Below, piece after piece: positions 24,485-38,584 of a stretch of DNA of 64,000 nt (positions within the stretch are counted from its first letter, which is position 1; every line of letters begins with the position of its first letter). The DNA comes from Octopus sinensis. Its lineage: Eukaryota. The notes under the pieces were generated by a model. It saw nothing but the letters and a program-made list of their open reading frames with translations. It searched no databases and had not been told where the DNA came from. The position numbers and the translations under genes are program-made. The stretch is taken from the NCBI RefSeq assembly GCF_006345805.1, contig NC_043016.1, positions 806,001 through 870,000 on the forward strand, written 5' to 3'.

Positions 24485-24835
24485 GGTGCATAAAAGCACA
24501 TCATAGCCATCGGCAGCAACATTCAATCATTGCTACTTCCGCTGCTAGGACTAGCAAATTACATGAATATTTTACCTGCCGCTATTAATAATGCTTATGT
24601 TGCTCTTTATAATTTTTGTGATAAGCGCTCTGGCTTTTAGCGATATCAGTGTCGTCTCATTTGACTCTGTATATCTATGTATATAGCTAACGCAGCAGTT
24701 AAACGCTATTTCCATTACCGAGGTATTTATCATTGACAAGGCGGGTACAGCCCGATATTATATGATCATGCACTCCTGGCATAACAATATTATGATGTGC
24801 TTTTAAAAGATAGCTATGATGTGCTTTTATACACC
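24485..24835. mobile_element. MITE-like element with 23-bp terminal inverted repeats
   Basis: ggtgcataaaagcacatcatagc (24485-24507) versus gctatgatgtgcttttatacacc (24813-24835), 22/23 match; no clear TSD. Confidence 0.5.
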
Positions 24836-25164
24836 AAAAAATCATATGAGAGTTTTTATCTCTCAGTAAATTTCTGAATATTTGTGTGTTCTAGAGCAGC
24901 ATCCACTAAGGAGCGCAGAACAGAAATTCGTGAATATTTTACTTTATCTTTAGCGTTTACCTATTTCAGTCACTTAACTGTGGCCATGCAAGAGCAACGC
25001 CTTGAATGTTGTTTTTTTTAGTAGAACAAATGGATCCAAGACTAATTTACTTATTAATCCTAGTACTTATTTTAGCGGTCTCTTTCACGGAATTGCTAAG
25101 TTGCGGGGACGTTTGGCAAGCGGTGTTGGGGGACAAACACAATCACAAAGACACACATACATAT

Positions 25165-25690
25165 GGTGCAGGAGTGGCTGTGTGGTACGAAGCTTGCTTC
25201 CCAACCACATGGTTCCGTGTTCAGTCCCACTGTGTGACACCTTGGACAAGTGTCTTCTACTATAGTCTCGGGCCGACCAGAGTATATTTGGTAGACGGAA
25301 ACTGAAAGTAACCCGTCGTGTATATATATATATATATATATATGTTTGTGCGTGTGTGTGTGTGTGTGTGTGTGCTGTGTGTGTGTGTGTGGTGTGTGTG
25401 TGTTGTGTCTGTGTGTGTGTGTCTGGTGTGGTGTGTTGGATGTGTGTGTGTGGTGTATGTGTGTGTGCTGTTTGGTGTGTGGCGTTTGGTATGTTTGTAT
25501 GCATTTGTGTGTACGTGTTTTTCCCCCCACCATGGCTTGACAACCGATAGTTTGTGTGTTTACGTCCCCATAACGTAGCGGTGTGTTCGGTTAGAATAAG
25601 TACTTGACTTACAAAGAATAAGACCTGGGGCTCGATTTGTTCGACTAAAGATGGTACTTCAGCATGATCGAAATCAAAGTAAGACAAAGG
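25165..25690 (+). mobile_element. SINE family 1 with expanded central TG tract, flanked by minus-strand partial copies (24945-25130, 25700-25860)
   Basis: Head ggtgcaggagtggctgtgtgg, core and tail recognisable. Confidence 0.8.
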
Positions 25691-27300
25691 AATATATATA
25701 TATAGACGGGATTCTTTCAGTTTCCATCTACCAAATCCACTTACAATTCTTTGATCAGCCTGAGGCTATAGTAGAAAGCACTTGCCCAAGATGTCACGCG
25801 GTGAGACTGAACCCGAAACCGTGTGGTTGGGTAGCAAGCTTCTTACCACACAGCCATGTTTGTGTGTGTATGTGTGTGTACTTATTCATATAATGTGTAT
25901 ATATGTATATGAGCGCATGTTTACGTAACGTGAGAATGTCTGTTTAAATCTAACGTATATGTGTGCATATGGGATATGGGTGTTTGTGCTCGTGTCGCAT
26001 GTATCTTAGTACATTTGCACGTCTGTGAGTGAGGATTTGTATGTGTGTTTGTTATTTAGTGAATATGCAAAGGTATTTGTATATGTTTGCGTTTGTATGT
26101 GTTAGTGTGCACAAAGCAATGAGAAACCTGAAAAAATTAGTGATTAAAGATTGTTTAAGATATTTTATTCGACTTAAAAGTTATGAACAATTTTCGAAAA
26201 AGGGAAAGAAAAAATAAAACAGGATAAAAAAAATGTTTAGATTAACTGAAAACTTGTTAGCTATACAGCTAGAATTGTCTTTTAAAATCTCAAATGCAAA
26301 GACATTTTTATTTATATTTTTTCTTACAATTTTTTTTTTCGTTTTCAATATAAACAACAAACAAAAGAAAACATGACGTAACGCGGATTTTGGAAACCCA
26401 TAATTTAAGGGAGAATTTGAAAATTTCATCCTCACCTCCTTAGTTATTTCTTATTAGACAAACAATACTGTATCTTGAAAATCTTATTTAATTATTATAG
26501 AGCTTCTCTTTGGATATGTTTGTTAGGAAAAACATTTGTAGAACGCCAACGCATTATAGGTTTTTTTAATTTTCCCTTTTTTATGCTTCTTATTGAATTT
26601 ATAATGAAAAACCTTTTAGCTAATAAATACCTGCTCAACATTGCATCGTCTTTTTTGTGGTATAAAATATTTACTGTAAATTTAGTAAGCATAAATTTTG
26701 CAGGATTATAGGAGAGGGATCAATGCTGTATGTTTTTTTTTAATGTTTTACAAAACCCCATTTAGTTTTCCATGATAATTTTCAAAAAAAAAAAAAGACG
26801 ATAAAGAAAAATTAGAAAACAAAACAAAAGTCAGAAAAAAACATAATAAAATTATTTGAAACAACGAAATTCCTGAAGAGAAGTAAATGGTTAATTAATT
26901 TAGATTCGATTCCGATCTTAGGATTATTCAAGACTGCGTTTAGGAAGAACACTGAAAAAAAGAATGGAACATAAGAAAAAAGTTTATATATAAAACATGC
27001 GTTATTTAACTTAAAATCGGTGAACATTTTGATTTTTCAAAGATAAATTTTAGATTTGAGATGAGAAATTGCTAAAATAACATGGGTATACAGTATTGAA
27101 CAAAAAAGAATATTATTTTGATATACATCTATGTAAATGCGCACACACATACACATACTAAGTACATATATATATGTCTGTTATGTATGTTTGTTATGTA
27201 TGTGTATGTAGATACATATGTATGTATTATGTGTATATATGTATATATATATGTGTGTGTGTGAGAGTGTGTTTGCATGCATCTATGTATCATATATTTT

Positions 27301-27341
<41 letters not shown>

Positions 27342-27553
27342 TGCATACACATGCACGCACGTCCAAACGTACATATATTGTATGTGCGTATGGGCATACT
27401 TTTATTTAAATATGAGTTTAAAATTTTATTTCTGTCATTATTGAAATAAGGAGATCCAACTGGGAGGTTTTTCAAAGATAAACCGTCTGTGTATATGGAA
27501 AATAGTGTTATTATGTGTATACTGGAAATACATACACACACACACACACACAC

Positions 27554-27589
<36 letters not shown>

Positions 27590-28275
27590 TTATTGGAAAT
27601 AGGAAAACTAAGGAGCGCAGAACAGAAAACCATGAGTGTGAATCCTTGAGAGGGGAGATTTAAGTGAGAAATCAAACAAACCAGTTACATTAATTATTTA
27701 GTCGAAGGCTTAAAACATAAATGATAGCTTGATTATGTTAGGAAATTATTTGTATTTGGGAAGTGAGGTGTCCAATATTAAAGATTAAATCCTTTAGAAA
27801 TTTACAAAATTGTTTTACAAAATTTACCGAGAGTAAGTTTAATAGATTATTGGATGTAATACGCAATAGATTTATATCTTCTAGAATTTAGATATGAGCT
27901 TGGAAGCTTTTATCTAAAAACTATAAACCATATGTAACTTTATTTATTTTAAATTTCATAATTTTACCTCAGCTTTCATCTAAAAAGGGAATGAAAACTT
28001 ATATTTTCAATACTTATACTAACATTATCTTAATTCCCTCCTTTCAAAGTCTTATAATCACGATTTTCTTCTCCTTCTTCCGTTCGTTTTTTTTTTTATT
28101 TCAAGATACATATAAATTTGTTTGCAAGGTATTTCATTCATAATGTCTGACAGTTTAAAAAAAAATGGAAATGTCTGTGTATAAGCAAACTATACTATAG
28201 AAAAGTATTGAACTCTATATTTAGATTGTGGCCAACCTTGCTCCAACAAATCAACACACCCTTATATTCATGCAC

Positions 28276-28323
<48 letters not shown>

Positions 28324-29482
28324 GCACACACGCACACACATAATAAGGTAGTTTTGGGGAAGCATTTTGAGGTATAAGTTTAATGAAGTTATACCTAAGC
28401 AACAACTTTTTTCCAACTACCGCTTTTTTCGAATGTCTTGAAGAAGTGGTCTTCCTCTAGAAATACGAGATAGAACTGCAACTTTGATGTGTTTGTGTGT
28501 ATGTGTGTGTGTGTGAGTGTATATGTATGTGCATATATATACATGCATATATACATACATACATATAGATATATATTTATATATATATGCATACATGTGT
28601 AAATGTATATTTGTATGTACATGCAGGAATATATTTCTATAATACATGTGTGTAAGGTGTGTATGTACATTTGTCTGAGTGTATGTGTTATGTGTTCTTG
28701 TTTATCATAACCTGTCTGTATTCGATATACATAAATGTGATATGTATGTGTCTTTGTACATGCTTTTCTCAGTGTGTGTGCGCGCGTGCGATAATATGCA
28801 TATATTTTTATTCCATAAACTATTATTCAGTGATAATAATAATTAATTATAAGGTTGTAGATATTTAAATAGAAATTCTGAGTAAAAAAATAATCAACAG
28901 CAAATTATAAATAAAATTTCCACTTGACAAGAGTTTGTTTATTTAAATCTGGTAATAACTTCTATTAATCCTCACTATGTTATCCCTGCATTGGTAATAC
29001 GTTCTATATTACGACTGCTTTTTTTACTCCCTATAGTATCAGTCTTTTATTTCATAAACCAGTAAAAGAGTGTCTTATGTTCGTTTAAAAAAAAGAGTCC
29101 TTTTTCTTTTCATTTACAATACTGTTCTTTTCAAATATATTTTTCTTCTTGAAAATACAAAAAGAAAAAAATCAAAAACAAAAAAGAAACGTTAATGTTC
29201 ATTAGCATGTCAGGTGTGAAAAAGATAATCCAACAAAGGTAACGATGAAAGAAATATTGAAAGTAAATTAAAGGGAAAAAACAATAAAAAACTAAAAAGC
29301 AACAATTACAAATCCCACCCATTACAATTTACTGCATACATTTTTTTATACTTCCATCAAACATTATGAACAAAATATGAAAGAGAAGAACTAAACTAAA
29401 TTATGATATAAAAAGGAAAATTGAAAACACAATGTCGGGCACGAAAACAAAAGAAAAAAAGAAGAAAACTACAATAATTTTT

Positions 29483-29694
29483 TTTTCTACAATAGGCACA
29501 AGACCTGAAATTTTGGGCAAAGAGGGTTAGTCGGTTCATCGACCCCGGTGCTCAACTGGTACTTATTTTATCTATCCCGAAAGGATGAAAGGCAAAGTAG
29601 ACCTTGGCGGATTTTGAAATCAGAACGAAAAGACCTGCAAAATGCTGTGATGCATTTTCTTCGGCGTGCTAACGATTTTATCAGCTCACCGCCT
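29483..29694 (-). mobile_element. SINE family 2b (same head and core, different 3' tail)
   Basis: gaaaggatgaaaggcaaagtagacc core with tail tttcaggtcttgtgcctattgtaga; the same tail occurs at 54055-54088. Confidence 0.75.
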
Positions 29695-31566
29695 AAAAAA
29701 TAATAACAAATGAAAGATTAACATTTTCTTTTTTTTTTTTACTGTTAAACAATGTCAAGTTGGCAATATACAAAAAGTAAAGAAACAAGATGAAAATGGT
29801 TAAGCGATCAAAATCCACCAAAATTCATCTAAGACAAAATAGAAGCCATCCATCGAGATGGTTCGGGAGATTTGTAACGTGGAGAAGAACTGGACACATA
29901 TTTTTTTTCATTGTTCTTGTATGTTTTATTTGTTTTTAACACTTCTTTTGAAACGCTCACAAAATTGTCTTGACAAAAAAAAAAATCAAATTAAAAATTT
30001 TTTTAAAATGTCTGTATATATTTGAAGGATTGCGATTTGCCAACTCAACTAAATAAAACGGAAATAATATTACAGAATAATGGTAATTACATTATGTAAA
30101 ATGTCAAAATTTTCAAAACCGGCAATACGAACAACAGTACAATCTTATTGAAAATAACAAACAAGCATACATACATTGAAACACACAAGAAGTTTTCTCC
30201 TCAATGTTGCTGTCACGTGATGTAATTTTGTTTGATTTTTCAATGAAATTATATCAACGAGATAATAAATGTTTAATTCTACATCAGTAAATATTCACAG
30301 TAAATAGTTGGATGTTTTTCTGTATCTCGAATAGCTGCTTCATTATTAATATTTTTTCTACCCACATATATAAAATATTTATGCGGAAAAGAAACATACA
30401 TGCATTCATACATACATATACACGTACATTCATATGCACATATATATATGTGTGTGTGTGTGTATGTGTGTTTACATTCATACATATATACACACACAAA
30501 CATTATATATACATACATACACATATACATATATACACATATAAACACATGTATTATATATATGCATATCGTATATAAGTGCATATATATGGTACATATA
30601 TATTTTAGCATATACTTATACATAATGTATATATACGTATGTATACACACACATAACACCCAGATACAGCCATACACACACACATACCCGCACACATGTA
30701 TATATATATATCAACAAATTAAGAATATTTAAGACATTCAGTAGAGTCAAATGCATTTAATTATATACTCAAATAGCGATAATACAGCGCCTAAAAGATA
30801 GTATTTCTCCATCGCCTTATTATTATCTAGCATCTCTGGATAGGAAATTTCAAGTCACATTGTATTATCATTAAACGGACTATATATTATATATGTACAT
30901 AAATCTATATATATATATAATATTATATAATATATATATATATATAACTGTGTGTACGCGTGTGGTGAGGTGTATGTGGGGTGTGCATATATGTGTATAT
31001 GTATGTTGCGCTTGTTGTGAATACTATGTGTGTGTACGAAATTGTACGCTTAAACGAATATACACACATATATAGGTGTGTATTTATGTATATATATAAT
31101 ATATATATATACGGGAATACACACATACACACATATATATTTATACATATATATTAATACATATATATGTATGTATGTATGTGTTTGCATGCGGATGGTT
31201 ATAAAGGCAGACGTATATGTGGGGTAAATATAATTTATTTGTACATAAAGCAGTTCTGTCACACTAAAAAGGATACATCAACAATAATATTATACATCAC
31301 TGTAACAGAACTATATACGGTAGAATCCTCATAAAAGACTTGTAATAATAAAAACGTGTCATCTACATCGAATCAGACGCACGTATAAACACTCAAAGAT
31401 GTGTGCGTTTGTATGTGTTTTTGTATATATATATATTTATATATATATAGATAAAAACCATACATCGTTATGTACGTATACATAATATCTCTATGGTGTA
31501 TATATACTCAAGAATGCATAAATACGCACACATTTATACATAATACGCATTCAAGTATATGCCTAT

Positions 31567-31597
<31 letters not shown>

Positions 31598-31816
31598 GTC
31601 TCCAAATATATATATGTGTACATATGTAGATGCAACGTGTGTATAACGATACAAGTACGTAAATGGTGATGTGTATAAATACACATAAATCATCTGCATA
31701 TATGTATATATTACATAGATATTCAAGTCTATATAATATTATATATATATATAGATATATAGATATATTATATATATACACATATATGTATACTATACAT
31801 ACATATATATATATAC

Positions 31817-31916
31817 NNNNNNNNNNNNNNNNNNNNNNNNNNNNNNNNNNNNNNNNNNNNNNNNNNNNNNNNNNNNNNNNNNNNNNNNNNNNNNNNNNNN
31901 NNNNNNNNNNNNNNNN
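31817..31916. other. Assembly gap (100 N) within TA-rich microsatellite
   Basis: Run of n characters. Confidence 1.
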
Positions 31917-31987
31917 ACACGCACATATGTATATACACACATACTCACATATACATACCATATACATGTATATATATATATATATAT

Positions 31988-32034
<47 letters not shown>

Positions 32035-32292
32035 CGCATAATCATTGCGGCATATGGTTAGCAGTTCGCACCTGATAAAAAGTTAGATTACATCTTAAAT
32101 TATGAAGTAACTTTACACTCATAATATGGATTATTTTGCTTTTGGAAACGAGCGTAGTTGCTTAACTGCATTTATCCAATTCTTTCCTTCAAGTATACAC
32201 ACATAATTATATATATGTGTGTGTGAATGTGTGTCTGTTATGTGTGTATGTTGTGAGTATGCATATGTGCTTTTATTTATATATATATATAA

Positions 32293-32405
<113 letters not shown>

Positions 32406-32472
32406 TGTACATATGTGTATGAATATTAAACATCTATAAATGTATGCAAGTAAATATATGTATACACACATA

Positions 32473-32529
<57 letters not shown>

Positions 32530-32571
32530 ACGTCATAAAAATTTATAGTTTTCGAGAGAACGTGAAATAAT

Positions 32572-32826
32572 TTTTGGGGGAACTGGATCTTGAAGCACAT
32601 ATAAAGCTATTGATAAGAGCCTGCAAATATTGGGTTGAAAATCCTTTCTGGATGGAAAGTATCGAAGGATTGTTTTGGTCCAATGATAGACTGCTTGTAG
32701 TATATATAGGAAATGTGTGTTCCACAGGCCGCCTTCGACGCTTGCTATCCAAAATGGTGGTTTAACTAAATATGTAAATGCTATTATTAATAACTTTACA
32801 TGTACTTCGAAATCTAGTTCCACCAA
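32572..32826. repeat. Imperfect long inverted repeat (old foldback/MITE)
   Basis: About 105-bp arms collinear without indels (ggaactggatcttgaagcacatataaag... versus ...ctttacatgtacttcgaaatctagttcc). Confidence 0.75.
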
Positions 32827-32995
32827 AAGAATATATATATGTAATATATATAATATACATATACGTATGTGTGGTGTGTATATATATATATATATAGTGT
32901 CGTATATATATATATATATATTAACTTATATATATATATATATATTATATATATATATGTATATATGTATAATTAGACACATATGCATGGACTTA

Positions 32996-33039
<44 letters not shown>

Positions 33040-34317
33040 TAATATATATATATATATATACATTATATACAAATTCATTTCTGTTGGTTTTTATGTCGTC
33101 CCTCACACGGCCCAGTTGCCTTGTCGTGAAAAAAATTGTCTCATATCTATGTGGAATCAAATATCAGAGAAATTGTGTAAATGTGAAAAGAAAGCCCACT
33201 GCAGAAAGTAAGTGCTCGGCCTTAAAGCTTGTGATGTGTGCGCCTTTGAAAGTTTGTCTTCGTGGGAATTTACAACCACTTTTTGCGTATGCTGTTGTGT
33301 CGTCTTCATTGGTTTTGTAGCACCTTTTATGCCAAGCATATTTTGTGTAGTCACTTCACGTAATAGACTTGTTGCTACAAAATACAAAACGAAAAAATAT
33401 ATTTGAAACTGAAACATAAATTTTATTCCATCATAATATAGATATAAGAATATAAAGTGACATATAAATACTTAGAAATTGAGTTCTGAAATACAAATAA
33501 AGATGTTTCACTTGTTCGTCTACATGAATATTTACACTTCAGCGTGCTGTATACGCCTATCCCTAACCTAGCTCTATACACTAACCGCTAACTCTAATCC
33601 AAGACCTGACATTTAAACTTAACTTTAAACGTTTGATTCCTACCCTTGACCCTAAATTCTAACCTTAACTACTAAACTTTCACAAGTGCGCAGAAATATA
33701 TATATATTTATCACACACGCGCAGAAATATATATTTCACACACATACACACACCTGTATATATATATGACATGCGCATGTAGTCACACATCACATATGTA
33801 AAAGACTAAATCATTAACACTCCCCGCTGGAAGATTGAATAATTTGAAATAGTGAATCTGTCTAACATTTGTTGTTAACGAATTGATTGGATGTCAGCTT
33901 ACCGTGCAGTTCCAATTTTACTTTGTTCTTCGTTTGATAATAACGTGTTTGTTTAGCCTGTGATGTCAACGATATTGATTGGTTATTGTCTCAATACGAA
34001 CCCACCATCCCTAAATTAATTAAATTGTATATTTCATTATCCTTCACTTGAAAATTTCATATGCTGCATGATCTCATCGATGCATATCGTCTAATAAACG
34101 TCTAATGGGGAATTACCTGACGACGTGGCGAGTTATGATAACACGTTATTGCATAATCTTATATGATCTCGCAGCTATTGCATGCTATGTTGTATTACCG
34201 AATAGATGATAAAAAATAACTTGCTACTAAACCATGTGTAGTACTACCCAAATTATACATTTGTCTCGTTTCTATTCATATCTACATCTCTATCTCTCAC
34301 TCTCACTCTCTCCCCGC

Positions 34318-34349
<32 letters not shown>

Positions 34350-34356
34350 TAGATAT

Positions 34357-34359
<3 letters not shown>

Positions 34360-34450
<91 letters not shown>
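34360..34450. repeat. (GATA)n microsatellite
   Basis: Directly visible. Confidence 0.97.
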
Positions 34451-34451
<1 letters not shown>

Positions 34452-34461
34452 TATATCTCAT

Positions 34462-34752
34462 GATCACGTGACCGACCAGGCTATCAGATGTTGCTACACA
34501 TCGCGATTCGCATTGTTTTAGTCTTCAAATGACGCCACCCCGCTGGCTAAACGAGCAGGCCAACAGAAGAAGGAGTGAGGGAAAGTTGTGGCGAAAGAGT
34601 ACAGTAGGGATCGCCTCCCCACCCCTTGCCGGAGCCCCGTGGAACTATAGGTGTTTTTGCTCAATAAACACTCACAACACCGTCTGGGAATCAAAAGCGC
34701 GATCCTACGACTGCGAGTCCGCTGCCTTAACCACTGGGCCTTGCGCCTCCAC
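34462..34752 (-). mobile_element. tRNA-derived SINE family 3
   Basis: Reverse complement head gtggaggcgcaaggcccagtggttaaggcagcggactcgcagtcgtaggatcgcgcttttgattccc; homologous to 55797-56381. Confidence 0.85.
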
Positions 34753-34756
34753 ATGT

Positions 34757-34794
<38 letters not shown>

Positions 34795-34892
34795 ATATAT
34801 ATATAACCATCGTAATATGACCAGGCACAAAACAGGAAATAGAAAATAGTCCTATCCTATTAAACTTAACCATGACCAGCCGGTTTATATTG

Positions 34893-35250
34893 TACTAGCA
34901 CTATGACCCGGCAACGCTAGTGCATGCATATACAGCTGCGTGCGTGCGCACATACACCCGTATACTGTCCAAATCTCCGACCAATCACATACAGCTAGCT
35001 GGCATTCAATTGGCGCATCAAGTTTCGGGCATTTTGATTGGGTCTTGGATAGAAAATTCACCAAAGAGTCACTTCTATTGATTTTTTAATAGCTTTGCGG
35101 GGTGACTGGGGAAATGTATAGATGTGCACGACCACCCTTGGACGGTTTTAAATGGCCATAGAAAGTACGAGCCCTCTAACTGAAAAATTGTGGATTTGTA
35201 TAAAGGACACACACACAGACAGACATTTTGCCGTTTATATATACATAGAG
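34893..35250 (+). mobile_element. Putative non-autonomous Helitron-like element
   Basis: 5' tactagcactatgacccggcaacgc and 3' acagacagacattttgccgtttatatatacatagag resemble the termini of small animal Helitron derivatives. Confidence 0.4.
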
Positions 35251-35956
35251 AGAGATAACCCGAAGTTGTTAAGGCATTGATTAAACAAAACTGCAAATTG
35301 CATTGGGGTATCCTGAGTAATTGTCATCCGGTCATCGAATATCAAGGAATAACTATTGATTAGTAATAAGTAACCTATTAATTACAAAGTAATTATGTTC
35401 CTAAAACATGATGAAAATCGTGGTTAACCTTTTCCAATTCTTTTATCTTTTACTTGTTTCACTCATCTGACCATGGCCACGCTGGGGCAGCGCCTTGAAG
35501 GGATTTTAATCGAACAAGTCGACCCCAGAACTTACTTTATTAAAGCATGGTACTTATTCTGTTAGTCTCATTTATCGAGCCGTCAAGTCACGGGGGGACG
35601 TAAACACACCAACTGATAGTGGAACAAATACAGACACAAAGGCATACACACACAGAGTATATATATATAATATATATATATATATATAATCAAAATCCAT
35701 CTTTAGAAGCGTGAAAAATCTTTTGAAGGCTAATACAGAACATATCTGGGATATAAGTGTAGAATCACCAACGATGTACAATGTTATATCAAGTATATTT
35801 ATTTCGAATAAAGAGTTTGTGTGATAAGCAGTTTGTTTCCAAACCACCTGGGTACCTTGGGCAAGTTATTCTACTATACATCCAAGTCAACCAAATCCTT
35901 TTGAATGGGTTAAGTTGAGGGCAACTGATAGAAGCCGACCATATATATATATATGT

Positions 35957-36021
<65 letters not shown>

Positions 36022-36033
36022 GTATATATATGA

Positions 36034-36064
<31 letters not shown>

Positions 36065-36299
36065 ATATATATATAATATATATATATATTATATATATAT
36101 ATATATAAATGAGGAGTCCTCCATAACCGCTCTAAAAACGACGTTGATTTGTTTACGTAACTTACCGTTCGGTATCAGTATCCAATATATTAAATACCAA
36201 ACCCATAACAAAAGTAAAAATAATTCCTGGGGCAGATTCGTTTAATTAAAAACCCTTCAAAATTGTACATCAACATGGCTGCAGTAGAGAGAAAGACCC

Positions 36300-37240
36300 T
36301 ATGCAAACTTTTAACGGTATGTGTGGGAGAGGAATTCTTGTCACGAAGTCGCCGGATGGTCTGCCAACATTCTTTAATGGTCAGTCGTAAAGTCAGAGTT
36401 CAATTTAACCCCACAGTCTTCCCTTGGGATGGGCCTCAGAGCTTTCACTAGGAAAACAATGCAATAACAATCCAAGAGTGTAATTCCAATTTCAAAGAAG
36501 GGAAACGACAAAAAATTCAAATTATGGAGGAATCTCTTTGTTGAGCCGCTCAGTTTAGTCTACGCTAGATATCTAGGAAATGGTTGTAAGAAGATTGTCA
36601 TGCCCCAGCTAGCTGAAGATCAGTGGACCTTCCGTCATGGAATTGCATGTGCTCGCATAGTAATGCCTCAGCGTCAGCATTTGGTCCTATGAAGAGGAGA
36701 GTTTGGTAAACGTAGAAAAAAAAAGCAAAGCCAAACTAATTCGGTTTTCGTGCCTATCCTCATGCATGGTCATGATTGTAGAGTAAGGACCGAAAGCGCG
36801 TGATTGCGAATGCAAGAAACCGAAAGATGAATCTTCTGATGAGTCCCTAGAGTATCATTATTCGAGAGGTTGCATAGCTCGGAGATTAGGGAGTCTATCG
36901 ATGTCGAGCCATTACTACTTCGCATTGAGAAGTCACAGCCCTGGTTCTTGAAGCCGAGCCAACTGATAGGAGACTGAGAGGAATAAGATGGTTGGATAAC
37001 GTCAATAGTTTCAAGGAATCTCTCTATGTCGAGGTGATACCTCTCCGCATCGGGAGGTCCCAGCTCCCTTACTACAGATATGTGATTAGAATGTCACAGG
37101 TAAGAATCGCTAGACAGATTCTTTACGCTAAGTCAGACGACAGGAGACCTAGGAGAAGACCAAGAACGAAACGGTTGGTCACGCTCAAGAATCCAGCCGG
37201 AAATTATAATGACGGTTGTTTCTGATAAGCAGTTCCCGAG
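36300..37240 (+). mobile_element. RTE-clade LINE remnant (RT and C-terminal pieces)
   Basis: KIVMPQLAEDQWTFRHG, RESIDVEPLLLRIEKSQ, RMSQVRIARQILYAKSDDRRPRRRPRTK. Confidence 0.75.
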
Positions 37241-38584
37241 GACTCTACCGTTTAATTTTCCCAGGAATTGTGGGTGTAGAAGATGGATGGACTCATTATA
37301 AGATATTTATATATAAGATATATATAAGTGTTATGTTGCATCACTGAGCGTGGCTAATTAATTTTGCATCGTTTTATTATTTACTGTGAAGTCATTTGAG
37401 AATTGAGTTTTCTTGGCCACAAACACTTCATTTTACCGATGATTGAATATATATTTCAAACCTCTTGTCAGGTCATCTGTTATTCTCTCCACCTTACTAG
37501 AGATTCTGTCTTTGTGAGATATTTAAAATAAAACATTAAGAAGAATTTTTCTATAATTCATTAAACCAAGTTTTTATTGCTGTTCTTATTTTTTCTAATG
37601 CAAACAAAATAAAATGAGGTCATTCTTTAGAATTTAACTGGTGATTTCGCTCAGTAAATAAATGAAGATTTTGAAGTAAAGTCGATAAGGTAATTGATAT
37701 CGGAAAAAAAAAACAGAAAAAAATAGATTTAAGTGTGTGACTTATAAAAACTACCGATTTACTCTCAACGAAAGCAAACATTTTATAACGATGACACATC
37801 TTGCACGAACAATTTACATTATCAAAAGATGGCGAATTTCAGAGATCTACCAGAAATAACAAGCAAAGTTTCCCACATCCTTATAGCTTATCCAAAATCT
37901 ATTCCCACATCCTTATAGCTTATCATAAAAAAGGCGGATGGAAAGAAATATGCTCTCCTCTAGAGATAGGTTTTTGGGAATTTGCTGTAACTAGGATTCA
38001 CTTAACACTCAAGTGTTTTGGACTAACTGCGGAGTAGATAAAAGATGTCAGATAATTGTAGGCCGCTGAAAAAGCAACTATCCCATCTTGCTCAAGAGGA
38101 CGAGTTCTGCAGCAAGAACGATCACTGAAGATGATAGAAATACCTAACACAACAATGGTCATGTTGTTGTGTTGGAGTTTTGGTCTACATCGATGGGCAC
38201 CACGATGGGGCGGAGGGAAGAGGCCGAAACTCCTATAGAGCTGCTTCACAGCCTGGTTGTACAGCAGCATTCTCACTATACAAACATTTGCCATAAATAC
38301 AGATACAAAGATTCTGGACATACTTTAGTTTCATCAAGCATAAAAGATGGCTAATACAACAGGAACATACAGAAGCTGAATTGTGAATATTTGGATATGA
38401 ACTTTGGATATGAAATTTGGATACGAACTGAAAACTATATAGTAAATTTTAAGCAGACATTGTTATATAAGATATTTTAGAATATCAAATCTAGGGGAAT
38501 TAATGAAGTTAGAATAAAGAACTATTTCCCTCTAAAGTTTATAATTTCGTATGTAATAATTATCTTAACATGAACACGGTTCAA

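Noticed and set aside
28395-28457. Possible minus-strand exon (EEDHFFKTFEKSGSWKKVVA)
   Set aside because: Acceptor is plausible but the frame is ambiguous and there are no partner exons or homology.
33560-33680. Degenerate TAACCC-like runs suggesting telomeric sequence
   Set aside because: Too degenerate and internal; more likely part of a small repeat element.
34117-34150. CTGACGA followed by a CGTG/CACG stem
   Set aside because: No GAAA after the stem and no stem I or III.
36786-36846. GGAC-C-GAAA ... CTGATGAGTCC resembling a type II hammerhead
   Set aside because: No U at position 16.1 and no stem III pairing; lies within RTE coding remnant, so it is coincidental.
37800-38360. Moderately GC-rich segment with short ORFs on both strands
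   Set aside because: No motif could be assigned; probably a transposon relic but unsupported.
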